From Candidatus Bathyarchaeota archaeon (GTDB taxonomy: Archaea; Thermoproteota; Bathyarchaeia; Bathyarchaeales; Bathycorpusculaceae): a DNA stretch of 64,000 bases. Shown here in pieces: positions 30,646-40,539 of the stretch. Position numbers and translations under genes: made by a program. The DNA lies in assembly GCA_963832745.1 (NCBI GenBank), contig CAWHVC010000005.1:288001-352000 (forward strand). The letters are read 5' to 3'. Position 1 is the first letter of the stretch. Every line of letters begins with the position of its first letter. The notes under the pieces were generated by a model. That model did not search any database, was not told where the DNA came from, and worked only from the letters and a program-made list of their open reading frames with translations.

Positions 30646-31746
30646 TTATTGTGTTACTGAATGATACCAGCTAATGATGTATTCAGGCAGTTTTAGTCCT
30701 CTTTGAGCTAAACGTTCAGCTAGTTTCACTGGCAAGGGGCTAAGCACGTATGCTGCACGTGTGTAGAAGCGTCTTGGAGTGCTGGGTTTAGCTTCTTCTT
30801 CAAGAATAATTTTGAGGTCAGCTTTCTTTGCCAATGTTGAGTCCTTATTACCTGTAATTGCAAACACTGTGCCAGCGAATTTTTTAATGACATCAGCCCA
30901 AATGATGACTGGCCTTGTTTCGCCACTATATGAAACAAGAATTTCAAGGTCACCTGCTCTTGGATGTGGTGTGTTGACGCCACGAGTGATGTAAACGTTG
31001 TCGCCAAAGAAGCTTTTAATATGGAACAAACGTACACCAGTCATTTTGGCTATTTCGTTGCCTGTGCCTTTTCCACCCAAGAAAACGTCGGTACGTTTCT
31101 CCATTAAATCGACAAGTTGAGTGTAAGTTTCTGAATCAATGTTTGCGTCTATCATGTCGCCGATTTTCTGGAATTCCTCATTGCATAAGCCGTAGACGTC
31201 ATCAACTTCGAGGTTGCGGAAGATGGCTTCAATCATGCTGTTAAGCAACTCAAGTGTTCCCAACTCAAAAATGTCACCCATCATGCCTGTTTCGCTGTAC
31301 TCAAAAGACGGCTTAGATTTGCCGCGTCCCTTCAAAAGGACTGTGGTGCCGTACTTGTTTGCGAGGTCTGCCATTGGAGATTCATAAGTTGAAGTAAGCA
31401 GTCCCATTGAGAACTTTGATGATTTTGTTTCTTCAATGTATTTGCCAAGGTCTTGAGCCATAACTAAGGGGTCGTCACTGTAGCCGCTTCCAGAATTCAT
31501 TAGAAGCAGGGTTTTTTTGTAACGCCTTTCAAGGTCTGGCGCTGCGTCATACATGTTACGTCCAGGAAAACCTGGGTCATCTGGTGTTAATACGACTTTG
31601 TTTCTCCAGCCGACTTGGCTAAGTGCAATTTGGCTCATCGCAGCGTTTAAGCTGTATAGTGATCTGCCTGAGCCTCCGCAGATTACGCAGTCGGCAGCTT
31701 TTAGGTCCTCAAAAAGTTTGGCAAGCTCTTTGCGTTTTATACTCAT
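30646..31746 (-). CDS. Tandem SIS-domain sugar isomerase (hexulose-6-phosphate isomerase-like)
   Basis: GSGRS, NSGSG, MGDIFE, SYSGET, ITGNKDSTLAKKAD. Confidence 0.75.
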   Translation of the reverse strand: MSIKRKELAKLFEDLKAADCVICGGSGRSLYSLNAAMSQIALSQVGWRNKVVLTPDDPGFPGRNMYDAAPDLERRYKKTLLLMNSGSGYSDDPLVMAQDLGKYIEETKSSKFSMGLLTSTYESPMADLANKYGTTVLLKGRGKSKPSFEYSETGMMGDIFELGTLELLNSMIEAIFRNLEVDDVYGLCNEEFQKIGDMIDANIDSETYTQLVDLMEKRTDVFLGGKGTGNEIAKMTGVRLFHIKSFFGDNVYITRGVNTPHPRAGDLEILVSYSGETRPVIIWADVIKKFAGTVFAITGNKDSTLAKKADLKIILEEEAKPSTPRRFYTRAAYVLSPLPVKLAERLAQRGLKLPEYIISWYHSVTQ

Positions 31747-32263
31747 AACGTTTTCTTGAATTTTATTAACGTATCCAATGCTGCTAATTTTACTTTTGAT
31801 GACAACGACACCCTCAGGTCACACGTAATGCATAACTTACTTATATTATTCTTGTGCTTGCAAAATCAAAAACCGGCACAATTTAACTGCAAACGTGTTA
31901 TTTTCGGCATGTTAATGAAAGTTTTTTGTTCAATAAACCTGCCGCTTTAGGTTTTGAAGGGTTATTGTTAATGGTTGCAAATTGTGTGTATCGTTTCAAG
32001 GATTGTTTAGCAAGGTTGAGCTAAATTGAAAAGCTTATAAACAATCGATAATTATTTGTTTTACATTAACTTTGAAGCAAATAAAGTTGAAATTGAAATA
32101 ATTAGAAATAAAAACAGCATCAATCCACCGTTACCTCGAAAGAAGGTTAAATGAAAAACTTGTAAGCAGCGCTCCCTTAAGTCCCTAAACAGTTAACGTT
32201 ACATTGGAGTATTGCTTATATTACATCGTTAAAACTATACCACTACACGAAAGGTGCATCCTG

Positions 32264-33016
32264 ATGGTTGTCACAGTCGACATAACTGAAAAACCACAAC
32301 TCAAAGACCCAATCCTAATCGAAGGCTTACCAGGCATAGGATTCGTAGCCAACATTGCAGCCCTACACTTAATCACCGAACTAAAAGCCAAACGGTTCGC
32401 CCAAATTGTCTCCTCAAGTTTTCAAGACTTCGCCGTAACCACTGAAGACGGCAGTGCACGCTCACCAATCAACGAACTCTATTATGTTAAGCGAGAGGAA
32501 GGCAACAGAGACCTAATCATATGGTACGGCAACACACAAGCATTAACAACCGTTGGCCAATACGAGTTATGCGGAAAAGTGCTTGACCTAGCACAGGAGT
32601 TAGGCTGCAACTACGTGATTTCAATCGGAGGCTTCAAAAAAGATGAAGCACAACCCGTCCCCGGCATTTACAGCACCGCAACAGACCTTGACACAATGAA
32701 AACCGCCTTGGACCTTGGCACCAAAGTGATGGTGGGCCATGTTTTCGGCATTGCAGGCATAAGCATCGGCTTAGCTAAACTGCATAACATGAAAGGTTTC
32801 TCGTTGCTTGTTGACACACCCGGCATGAACCCGGATGTTAACGCTGCACGCTATGCATTGTTAACTTTGTTTAAATTTTTGAATTTCGAGGTTGACCTTA
32901 CAGGTCTTGAGCAGACTGGCGAGGAGATTAAACGTATGCTTGAGACTTTTGGTTTGATTAGAAGCATTTCAGAAGAAAAGAAGAAAGAGGAGCAGCAGTT
33001 ACGCTGGTTCATCTAA
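32264..33016 (+). CDS. PAC2 family proteasome assembly chaperone
   Basis: LIEGLPGIGFVANIA, ISIGGF, VDTPG..PDVNAA. Confidence 0.88.
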   Translation: MVVTVDITEKPQLKDPILIEGLPGIGFVANIAALHLITELKAKRFAQIVSSSFQDFAVTTEDGSARSPINELYYVKREEGNRDLIIWYGNTQALTTVGQYELCGKVLDLAQELGCNYVISIGGFKKDEAQPVPGIYSTATDLDTMKTALDLGTKVMVGHVFGIAGISIGLAKLHNMKGFSLLVDTPGMNPDVNAARYALLTLFKFLNFEVDLTGLEQTGEEIKRMLETFGLIRSISEEKKKEEQQLRWFI

Positions 33017-33029
33017 AGCTTTTTTTGTT

Positions 33030-33452
33030 TTAGGCTTTTGTTTCGCTAACGAATTGCTCGTAAACTCTTTGCACTCTTTCGGCTGCTGGCCCGGAGCCAT
33101 CAGTGACACCGCGCTCAGTTAACTTTACTTTATCCATAACCCAAATGAAGCCTTTATCTTCATAGAGTTTAACCATTGTCGGGAACACTTTTTCTAGTCT
33201 CTGTGCGAGCGCTTTAAGGTCGAATGATTTTTCTGCAGTGGTTATCTGTGCAATTGTGCTCCCGTTAAGGAATAGACGGTTTACTGTTTTGCCGCCTTCT
33301 TCTTTTGCGTCTGCCAGTGCCAGACTTAAATTGTCTGGGTTAATGCCGATTAGAGTGCCTGTGAAACTTTTACCGCTTGTTGTTGTTACTGAAACAATTT
33401 TTTCTGCGAGTGCTGCGACTTCTGTAAAATATTTTCTTTGCGCTACAGACAC
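33030..33452 (-). CDS. Lsm/Sm family protein with C-terminal extension (SmAP3-like)
   Basis: GKSFTGTLIG..NLSLALADA...LFLNG, plus C-terminal domain GSGPAAERV. Confidence 0.85.
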   Translation of the reverse strand: MSVAQRKYFTEVAALAEKIVSVTTTSGKSFTGTLIGINPDNLSLALADAKEEGGKTVNRLFLNGSTIAQITTAEKSFDLKALAQRLEKVFPTMVKLYEDKGFIWVMDKVKLTERGVTDGSGPAAERVQRVYEQFVSETKA

Positions 33453-33558
33453 AATTTATTTCTCCAATAGCTACGAAATTGCACTACAACTATTTATCTT
33501 TAAGCAACAACAAGTCAGCAATCAACCGAAAACAGACAAGAAAAACATCTTTTTGGCG

Positions 33559-33715
33559 CTGAATTTAAACATATTAATGACGGGTTTTCTGTCTCCTTAG
33601 TGATTTGCGTTTTGAGGCAGAAAAGTGTGGATTAACCTACCCCTACTAGAAAAGGCAGCCCCCCCTTAGGTTTCTGCATACTATTTCTAATAGGATCCAA
33701 ATAGGCAGCAAATAG
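33559..33715 (-). repeat. Dispersed intergenic repeat, copy D
   Basis: CTAATAGGATCCAAATAG at 33687-33704; CCCCCCTTAGGTTTCTGCAT; ACCTACCCCTA; AACATATTAATG; shares CAGAAAAGTGTGG spacer with copy C. Confidence 0.85.
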
Positions 33716-33728
33716 ATAGTTGAAGCGA

Positions 33729-33959
33729 CTATGTTATGTCTGCAGATTTGCCTTGAGAACAGTAGTAGAGTTGGTCTAGGCCATATTGTTTGGCGACTGG
33801 ACAACTGGGGCAGATGCAGCTCTGGGTTTTAACTTTTTCAACGGCTTTTCCTCTTGCACAATACAGTATGCTGGTAAGGTTGGATTTTTTGTATGTAGGA
33901 CATGTGGGACAAGTGCAGAGTTTAGTGTTTTGTTCAGTATCCGGTACAAGATTACCCAT
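33729..33959 (-). CDS. DUF2769-like cysteine-rich small protein
   Basis: CTCPTCPTY...LYCARGK...CICPSCPV...YYC. Confidence 0.8.
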   Translation of the reverse strand: MGNLVPDTEQNTKLCTCPTCPTYKKSNLTSILYCARGKAVEKVKTQSCICPSCPVAKQYGLDQLYYCSQGKSADIT

Positions 33960-34151
33960 AAAGGTTTCACAACTACTGATGCCACTATTTTGTTAGTAAG
34001 GGTATGTGACTGCCTTAAGACGATAACAACACTGAGGAATGCTTTTTTGTTTAATTCAAAACAGGTCACATTTAATTATGTTTTGCAAAAAAATATATTG
34101 ATACACGCCCAAATATAGAGGCTAAGAGGTATTGCCTCTGGAGGATGGTTA

Positions 34152-36467
34152 ATGAAGATTGGCCTGTTTCCAGCAGTAGCTTTAGCCGCGGCAATGTGGC
34201 TAATGATAATATTTAACCTGTTCTCTTCAGTCACTTTCGATCCACCTTACCTCCTGTTTATCCTAAATATTCTATTCATAACAGGCGTAGGAGTCACAAT
34301 CGCGGCGATTTCAGGAAAAAGTTACCTAAAAGACGGTTCAACAAACATTCTTCTACTTGGCTGCTCGGTTCTTGTAAGCGGTTTCACAGGTTTCTTTGCT
34401 GGTTGGGCATCAACATCTGCCAACGTAAACATGACAGTTTTTAGCATTGGAATTCTTGTTTCATCTTGCTTTCAGCTCGCCGCGGCTCATGTAACATTAA
34501 AAGGTGAAGGCATTAACTGGTTTAATAAACGCAAAATCACGTTAGGATTATTTTACGTTTCAATTACCGTGTTTATGGTGGCTTTAGCAACGGTTTCTTC
34601 TCTAGAACTCCTGCCTCCATTTTTTAAGATAACTGGTCCAGCTATGCTTAGCAAGACTGTTTTATGCATATCACTTGCCTTTTTCATTTTTTCCGCATTA
34701 ATCTTTATCTATCAATACCTGCAAACAAAATCAAGTGTGCTCTACTGGTACTCACTTGCTTTAGTAATAATATCAACAAGTCTATTTGGCCTACTTTTCG
34801 CTCAACAGTTTACCGGAGTACTTACTTGGATGTCACGGTGCGCACAATACCTTGGCGGATTCTATTTTCTTATCGCTCTGCTATCACTGCGGAATTTGGA
34901 CAGCCAAAGTGTAACACTTGCAGGAAAATGGCAAGAAGCTTTCATTCCAAACCGCAAGCAAGCAGCCAACTTTTTCTCTAAAATGCTAAATGGGTTTACT
35001 TACTGCAAAATAATAACCGACAGTGAAGGAAAACCAGTTGATTGGCTTTACCTTGATGTCAACGATGTATTTGCAAGAAGTTCTGGACATCAAAGATTTG
35101 AATTTTTAGGTAAAAAAGGTTCTGATTTTTCGCCTTCATTTCAGGATGAATGCAATTGTTGGCTTGAGCGTTTTGGAAAGGTTGCTCTAACAGGCAAGGC
35201 TGTCATGTTTGAGGATTATTGCAAGCCTTTCAAAAAATGGTTCAACATTTCATCGTATAGCCCAAAAAAAGGGTATTTCATAACGTTAAGTGAAGATATA
35301 ACTGAACGCAAGAAGCTTGAAGAGGTTATAACTTATTCTGAAATGAAGTATCGTCGTGTGTATGAAACCTCACAGGATGGCATCATAGCCAGAAACCTAC
35401 AGGGACGCATGATTGACTGCAACCAAGCTTACGCCAAAATGCTTGGATACTCAAAAAAAGAATTAAAAGATCACTCTTACACGCAAGTGCTGCCCGCGAA
35501 GTGGCATGAACATCGAGAAACCATAATCAGAAATGTTCTGGAAACGGGGCACTCTAATTTTTATGAACGCGAATATACCCGAAAAGATGGCTCCATATTC
35601 CCTGCGTCTGTTAGAACATGGCGGTTGACAAGCGATAAAGGCGAAGTCCTTGGCGTGTGGTCAACTGTCCGTGACATTAGCGACCAAAAGGAGTACCAGC
35701 AGAAACTTGAAGAATACTCTAAACAGCTTGAACAGTTAGTTGAAGAGCGTACACGTAAACTTAAGGACGCTGAACGTTTAGCTGCCATCGGAGAAACAGC
35801 AGGAATGGTTGGACACGATATTCGCAATCCATTGCAAGCCATAATTGCAGAGGTTTTCCTCTCAAAACAAGAAGTTGAAGCAATTCCGGAAGGTGCGAAC
35901 AAAACCAATTTAAAAGAAAGTTTATCTTCAATCGAAAATCAAACAATGTACATAAACAAAATTGTGGCTGACCTGCAAGATTTCACAAAGCTGACTCAAC
36001 CGCAAATCGAAGAAGTCACACTTCAACAAGTTTTTAAGGACACGCTTTCCACGGTTTCTGTTCCAGAACTCATCAAAACCAAAATATCAATAAAACCTAG
36101 CTTATCCAAAATTAAAAGTGACCCAAACCTGCTGAAGCGGATACTGACAAATCTGAGCCTAAATGCGGTGCAAGCTATGCCTAATGGAGGAACATTAACA
36201 CTTAAAGCAGCCCTCAAGAACGGCACCGCAGTAATAAGCGTTCAAGACACAGGCGCAGGTATTCCTGAGGATGTAAAAAAGAATCTCTACAAACCGTTAT
36301 TCACCACTAAACCTAAAGGGCAAGGCTTCGGGTTAGCAGTGGCTAAAAAATTAACTCAATCATTAAACGGGACCATAAAATTTGAAAGCATAAAAGACGT
36401 TGGAACCACCTTCACAATCATTCTACCGCAAAAACAAGAAATACAAAAACCTAAAACTGGCGAATAA
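34152..36467 (+). CDS. Membrane sensor histidine kinase with two PAS domains
   Basis: Multi-TM N-terminus, PAS domains, H-box GHDIRNPL, NAVQAM, DTGAGI, FTTKPKGQGFGL. Confidence 0.93.
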   Translation: MKIGLFPAVALAAAMWLMIIFNLFSSVTFDPPYLLFILNILFITGVGVTIAAISGKSYLKDGSTNILLLGCSVLVSGFTGFFAGWASTSANVNMTVFSIGILVSSCFQLAAAHVTLKGEGINWFNKRKITLGLFYVSITVFMVALATVSSLELLPPFFKITGPAMLSKTVLCISLAFFIFSALIFIYQYLQTKSSVLYWYSLALVIISTSLFGLLFAQQFTGVLTWMSRCAQYLGGFYFLIALLSLRNLDSQSVTLAGKWQEAFIPNRKQAANFFSKMLNGFTYCKIITDSEGKPVDWLYLDVNDVFARSSGHQRFEFLGKKGSDFSPSFQDECNCWLERFGKVALTGKAVMFEDYCKPFKKWFNISSYSPKKGYFITLSEDITERKKLEEVITYSEMKYRRVYETSQDGIIARNLQGRMIDCNQAYAKMLGYSKKELKDHSYTQVLPAKWHEHRETIIRNVLETGHSNFYEREYTRKDGSIFPASVRTWRLTSDKGEVLGVWSTVRDISDQKEYQQKLEEYSKQLEQLVEERTRKLKDAERLAAIGETAGMVGHDIRNPLQAIIAEVFLSKQEVEAIPEGANKTNLKESLSSIENQTMYINKIVADLQDFTKLTQPQIEEVTLQQVFKDTLSTVSVPELIKTKISIKPSLSKIKSDPNLLKRILTNLSLNAVQAMPNGGTLTLKAALKNGTAVISVQDTGAGIPEDVKKNLYKPLFTTKPKGQGFGLAVAKKLTQSLNGTIKFESIKDVGTTFTIILPQKQEIQKPKTGE

Positions 36468-37365
36468 ACGGTTCCAGTTGATGAACGTTTTCAAAGGTTG
36501 GCTGCAACGGCAAAGATAGGTACGCGCCAAACCGGTTAAAGTATGGTTCGCCTTTCCTTGAAAACAACGGTAAAACTTTGCCGCTATGATTCACTTTGAA
36601 ACCTTCTGGCGAAGCTTCATGCCCACGGATTAAAATCTGGGCGTCTACAGCTTCAAGCACTCGCCTTGTTACTTTTTCGCCGAAAACCACGCCCACGCCT
36701 CGAGAAGAAGTAACCACATTTTCAACTGAATCATCGGGGTCACTCCAAAGCAGTTCTGCAAACAACGCGGGGTTCCGGTCTGCATCGGCGATGCTGTTTA
36801 AGTTATGGATTTTGGGGGAAACACCGCCGTGAAGCATCAAGAACCGCTTTTCTACGTAAACGCCAAGATACAACTGGTCAAAAAGTTGGAAAAGCCGTTC
36901 GTAAATGGTCTGCCAGTTGCTGGGAAACCTGTTTTGAAGCAGCAGGGGCAAATCATGCGGGTAAGCCAACAAGTCTTTTGGGCCTTCATGGTTTCCACGT
37001 AGCAAAACAATTTGCCGAGGAAAAGCCAGCTTCAAACTCAACAACATGTAAAGTATTTCGGCAGAGTTTGGACCCCTGTCAATGTAGTCACCTAAAAAAA
37101 CCATGCAAGCATCAGGCGAGTTTTCCACATTTGCCATAAACCTGCTGCCTTCAATTATGGTTTTTAGGCTGGTTAAGTCTCCATGCAAATCCCCGACTAC
37201 CAAAGCTTCGCCGGTTGGGTCAAGTTTCACAAGGCGGTTCTCAATCACAAAGTTGCCTACTCGGCCTTTCTCCAGCTTTAGCATTTTAATGGAGTTATCT
37301 ATTAATTCAAGAAATCTGCTACCTGAAACCTCTGCGGATTCATGAGAAAATGAAGAAAAAAACAT
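36451..37365 (-). CDS. PPP-family Ser/Thr protein phosphatase (metallophosphoesterase)
   Basis: GDLHG, GDYIDRG, LRGNHE, HGG, LLWSDP, IRGHE. Confidence 0.9.
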   Translation of the reverse strand: MFFSSFSHESAEVSGSRFLELIDNSIKMLKLEKGRVGNFVIENRLVKLDPTGEALVVGDLHGDLTSLKTIIEGSRFMANVENSPDACMVFLGDYIDRGPNSAEILYMLLSLKLAFPRQIVLLRGNHEGPKDLLAYPHDLPLLLQNRFPSNWQTIYERLFQLFDQLYLGVYVEKRFLMLHGGVSPKIHNLNSIADADRNPALFAELLWSDPDDSVENVVTSSRGVGVVFGEKVTRRVLEAVDAQILIRGHEASPEGFKVNHSGKVLPLFSRKGEPYFNRFGAYLSLPLQPTFENVHQLEPFIRQF

Positions 37366-37376
37366 TTGAATACACG

Positions 37377-38624
37377 TTACGCAATCTGAATACTTTTGGT
37401 GAACGCTGCTGAAATGTTGCGTTCAATGGCCCGTTTGCGGTTGCTGATTTCAGTTTGCAGGTCTTGATATTCACGGTTTTTAACTGCTTCGTGTGCTTCG
37501 ACACTTGTTTTTTTGGCTTTAAGCTGGTCGGCTTGGTCTTCATAAACAGAAATGTTGCGTTTGATTTCGTCCATACGTGCTGAAGCTAATAACTGCTCTT
37601 TTTTGGCTGTAAGCGATTTGCTTTTTTCTTGCATTTCGCCAAGCAGGTTTTTGTCTAAAAAGTCTGTGACAGATTGTTCAGCTTTTCTTGCTTTGTCAGG
37701 TTTAAGTTTTAACTTGTCCTCTTTGAGCATGTCTGAGAGTTTTTCAAGAATCTGCTTTAAAGTTGGGTAACCGTTTTCTTCACTTGCCAAAGCTTCAAAG
37801 GGTTTATCCAAGTACAAGCTAATCATACGTAACTCGTCAGGGGTTATGCCTCCACCGCCACCTGAAGTCGCCATCGCCTGCATCTTAATAAACGGTTTCT
37901 GCAGGTGCCTAAGCGTGTTTTTCAAATCGTTGCTTAAAGCGTCAATTTCGTTGTTTACAAGGTTCAACTGGTCGATTGGACCTGCAGTTTTTAGCTGGTC
38001 TGTTTTCTGTTCTAACCCAGCGATTTCCTGCTCAATTGGGGCACGTTCATTTTTTATTACATCAATTTCCGTCTGCAAAACAGCCAGTTTAGCTTCTAAA
38101 ACTTGAACATCATTAAGCATTTGGATGGTTTCTTCTAAAGTTTTGGTTTTCACGTATTCTTTAGTTACGAATTCGTTAAGTGTGTTGAAGGTTTGCTTGG
38201 TTTTCTCGTAAACGGTTAGGAATTTTCTTCTATCCATGATGAAGAATGGCGAGATTTTTGGGAACCAGTTTTTTACGTCAATTTCGGTGACGATTAAAGT
38301 TTTTTGTGTTTCAGCGTTGTATTTGTTTAGTGAGTCATAGGTTACTTGTTCGGGTGGTGTGAGTTTTTTTAGTCGGTCGATGAAGAGGTGGGCTAGCTTG
38401 TTTAGGGCTCGGGCTCGGTTGTAGACTTTCATGTTGCGTTTTTCTATTTCTCGTGTGCTGTTCTCTAAGAGGGATTCACAAACTTCGTTCATGGCTGTGA
38501 TGGATTGGTTCATTTCGTCGCGGAGTTTTTTGGCTTGGTTTTGAACTGGGGTGAGGGTTGTGCTTGTTTCTTTTTCTATCCACTGTTTAAGAGTTAATGT
38601 TGAAAATTGGGTCATTTCTGTCAT
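37377..38624 (-). CDS. Hypothetical coiled-coil protein, apparently co-transcribed with the phosphatase
   Basis: 415-aa helical, charge-rich ORF with GGTGA RBS. Confidence 0.75.
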   Translation of the reverse strand: MTEMTQFSTLTLKQWIEKETSTTLTPVQNQAKKLRDEMNQSITAMNEVCESLLENSTREIEKRNMKVYNRARALNKLAHLFIDRLKKLTPPEQVTYDSLNKYNAETQKTLIVTEIDVKNWFPKISPFFIMDRRKFLTVYEKTKQTFNTLNEFVTKEYVKTKTLEETIQMLNDVQVLEAKLAVLQTEIDVIKNERAPIEQEIAGLEQKTDQLKTAGPIDQLNLVNNEIDALSNDLKNTLRHLQKPFIKMQAMATSGGGGGITPDELRMISLYLDKPFEALASEENGYPTLKQILEKLSDMLKEDKLKLKPDKARKAEQSVTDFLDKNLLGEMQEKSKSLTAKKEQLLASARMDEIKRNISVYEDQADQLKAKKTSVEAHEAVKNREYQDLQTEISNRKRAIERNISAAFTKSIQIA

Positions 38625-38752
38625 GCTTGCTCACCTTAAACTAACTATGCCATGTTATACCATATATTAATTTTCCATAATTTAGAATAAACACTTTTTT
38701 GGGTAACTACTCTTAAATAGGTAAAAAGGACTGAAACACAGGGAAACCAGAA

Positions 38753-39349
38753 TTGAACACCAAAAAACTTACATTCATAATAATGATGGGCGCTCTTGGG
38801 AACGGCCTATTCGTCGTAAGCTACGCAATAGGACAAATAGCCCCCGGTGTAGCCCTTGACCTGTCACTACTTGCCGTTTTCATCGCAGGCATCTATGCGG
38901 GACCAAAAGCAGGTTTCGTCACAGGCTTAATCGCTGGAATAATACCTGGAATCATGTTTGGACCTGCAGGGACGGGAGGCATTTTAGGCTTGCTTGCTTT
39001 ACCCTTTGGGAAAGGTCTTACAGGATTAACTGTAGGCTTACTTGCCACCGGACTCAAATTAGACAGTAGACCACACAAAGCATTGATAGGCATACCAACA
39101 ATTCTACTGGCATACATACCTGAAGGATTATTCACCTATGCATACTTTACAACGCTATTGCCATTTTTCTTCCCCGATCAACTCGTTCCAGACTTCATTG
39201 TAAGTGGAATCATGATAAAAGCCGTCATAGAAGTAGTGATAATGAGCTTCATAATCGCCGCTCTGCTAAGCAACAAGGCATTCAACAACTATATTACAGC
39301 ATACTTCTGCAAAACAAAAACAGCAAAAAACCAAACAATCAAACAATAA
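38753..39349 (+). CDS. ECF transporter S component
   Basis: 198 aa hydrophobic; NTKKLTFIIMMGAL...AGIYAGPKAGFVTG. Confidence 0.75.
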   Translation: MNTKKLTFIIMMGALGNGLFVVSYAIGQIAPGVALDLSLLAVFIAGIYAGPKAGFVTGLIAGIIPGIMFGPAGTGGILGLLALPFGKGLTGLTVGLLATGLKLDSRPHKALIGIPTILLAYIPEGLFTYAYFTTLLPFFFPDQLVPDFIVSGIMIKAVIEVVIMSFIIAALLSNKAFNNYITAYFCKTKTAKNQTIKQ

Positions 39350-39391
39350 ACAAACTTTTCTTTTTTTTAAAAAACAAGAAAAATGGTAGGC

Positions 39392-40357
39392 TTAAAAGCC
39401 TAAAGATTCTGAGAGAACTTTTGGATTGATTTTTCCTGCCTTGAACGTTCTGCCAGTTTTTGCATTATTTATCATTATAACGGCTGGCGCGAACAGGTTA
39501 TGGTCGATTTTGTAGAAATCTTTGTCTGCTTCACGGAAAATCTGCAGAAAAGGCTTACCATAATCTTTAGACACCATGGAGGGGGTTTGGTTTGCGATTT
39601 CTTGCAGTTTCGCTTCATCGTCATAGTCAACTGCGCAGAAAACTGTTCCACCATACAAGATGGCGTCGTTGGTGCGTGCCATTGCAACCTCAAAATCGAG
39701 GCATGAAGGACTAATTGGCGCGTAACCCAGAGCATATTTTATGCATTTAGGGTCTAAACCGACCGTATTAAGCTTATGAATCCCCACTTCGACAACACGA
39801 CCAGTGACTTGGGTTAAACCGGCAATGCTTGCTGTTGGAGCAACCATTATAATTTGGTTTTCTGGGGCTACGTTGGTGTTTTTTGTGACTTTTTCAATCA
39901 GCCCGTCGGTTGGCAGCTGGTTGCTTTCAAGGGCGATTACGGTTTTGTCACATTTGTCTGTGTAGCCGATTTCTTCGTAAACTTCTTTGGGTTTAAGAGC
40001 TATGGCGCGTGCGGGACCTGAACCGATAGCAATGTTGCCGTTTTCTTCTTTGATGCGCCAACCTGCAAACTGGCTGCCTAAACAGGCGATTGCTGGAAAA
40101 TCGGTGGTAACAGTGACAGATGGAAAATCGATATCGCCGTATGATTTGAAGCCTATGTCGACTTTTCCGGCTGCGCCAAGGCAGAGTTCGGTTAAGATTT
40201 TGCCTGCCTCAAAACCTCCAGGGGCTTTTACGCCTGCGTCAATAATTGTTGCTCCAGCTGTGGATTTTGAAACGGCTACACGGTAATATTCGGGGTTATC
40301 TAGAAGTTTTTGGGCTAATTTGAAAGCCAACAGGTTTACGCTTAAAGCTTTGACCAT
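39392..40357 (-). CDS. mch: Methenyl-tetrahydromethanopterin cyclohydrolase
   Basis: LSVN, CLGSQFAGW, GSGPARA, GRVVEVGIHK, RTNDAILYGG, DFYKID..LFAPA. Confidence 0.96.
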   Translation of the reverse strand: MVKALSVNLLAFKLAQKLLDNPEYYRVAVSKSTAGATIIDAGVKAPGGFEAGKILTELCLGAAGKVDIGFKSYGDIDFPSVTVTTDFPAIACLGSQFAGWRIKEENGNIAIGSGPARAIALKPKEVYEEIGYTDKCDKTVIALESNQLPTDGLIEKVTKNTNVAPENQIIMVAPTASIAGLTQVTGRVVEVGIHKLNTVGLDPKCIKYALGYAPISPSCLDFEVAMARTNDAILYGGTVFCAVDYDDEAKLQEIANQTPSMVSKDYGKPFLQIFREADKDFYKIDHNLFAPAVIMINNAKTGRTFKAGKINPKVLSESLGF

Positions 40358-40539
40358 AATGAATTCACCATTAAGCTAAAGATATCTTGTTGACTGGAGA
40401 AATATTAAAGGTAACGCCTCAGAAAAATTTTTTGTTTGATGCAAAATCAAGTTTTAGTACAATGCAAATTTGTTTTAGTCAAGGAAGTTTGACGGAAACC
40501 CTTTTTATATTAAAAACTAACGCAAAAATGTGGACGACT

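Noticed and set aside
31760-32260. 500-bp AT-rich intergenic region as a replication origin
   Set aside because: No ORB-like repeats and no adjacent cdc6/orc1; consistent with divergent promoters.
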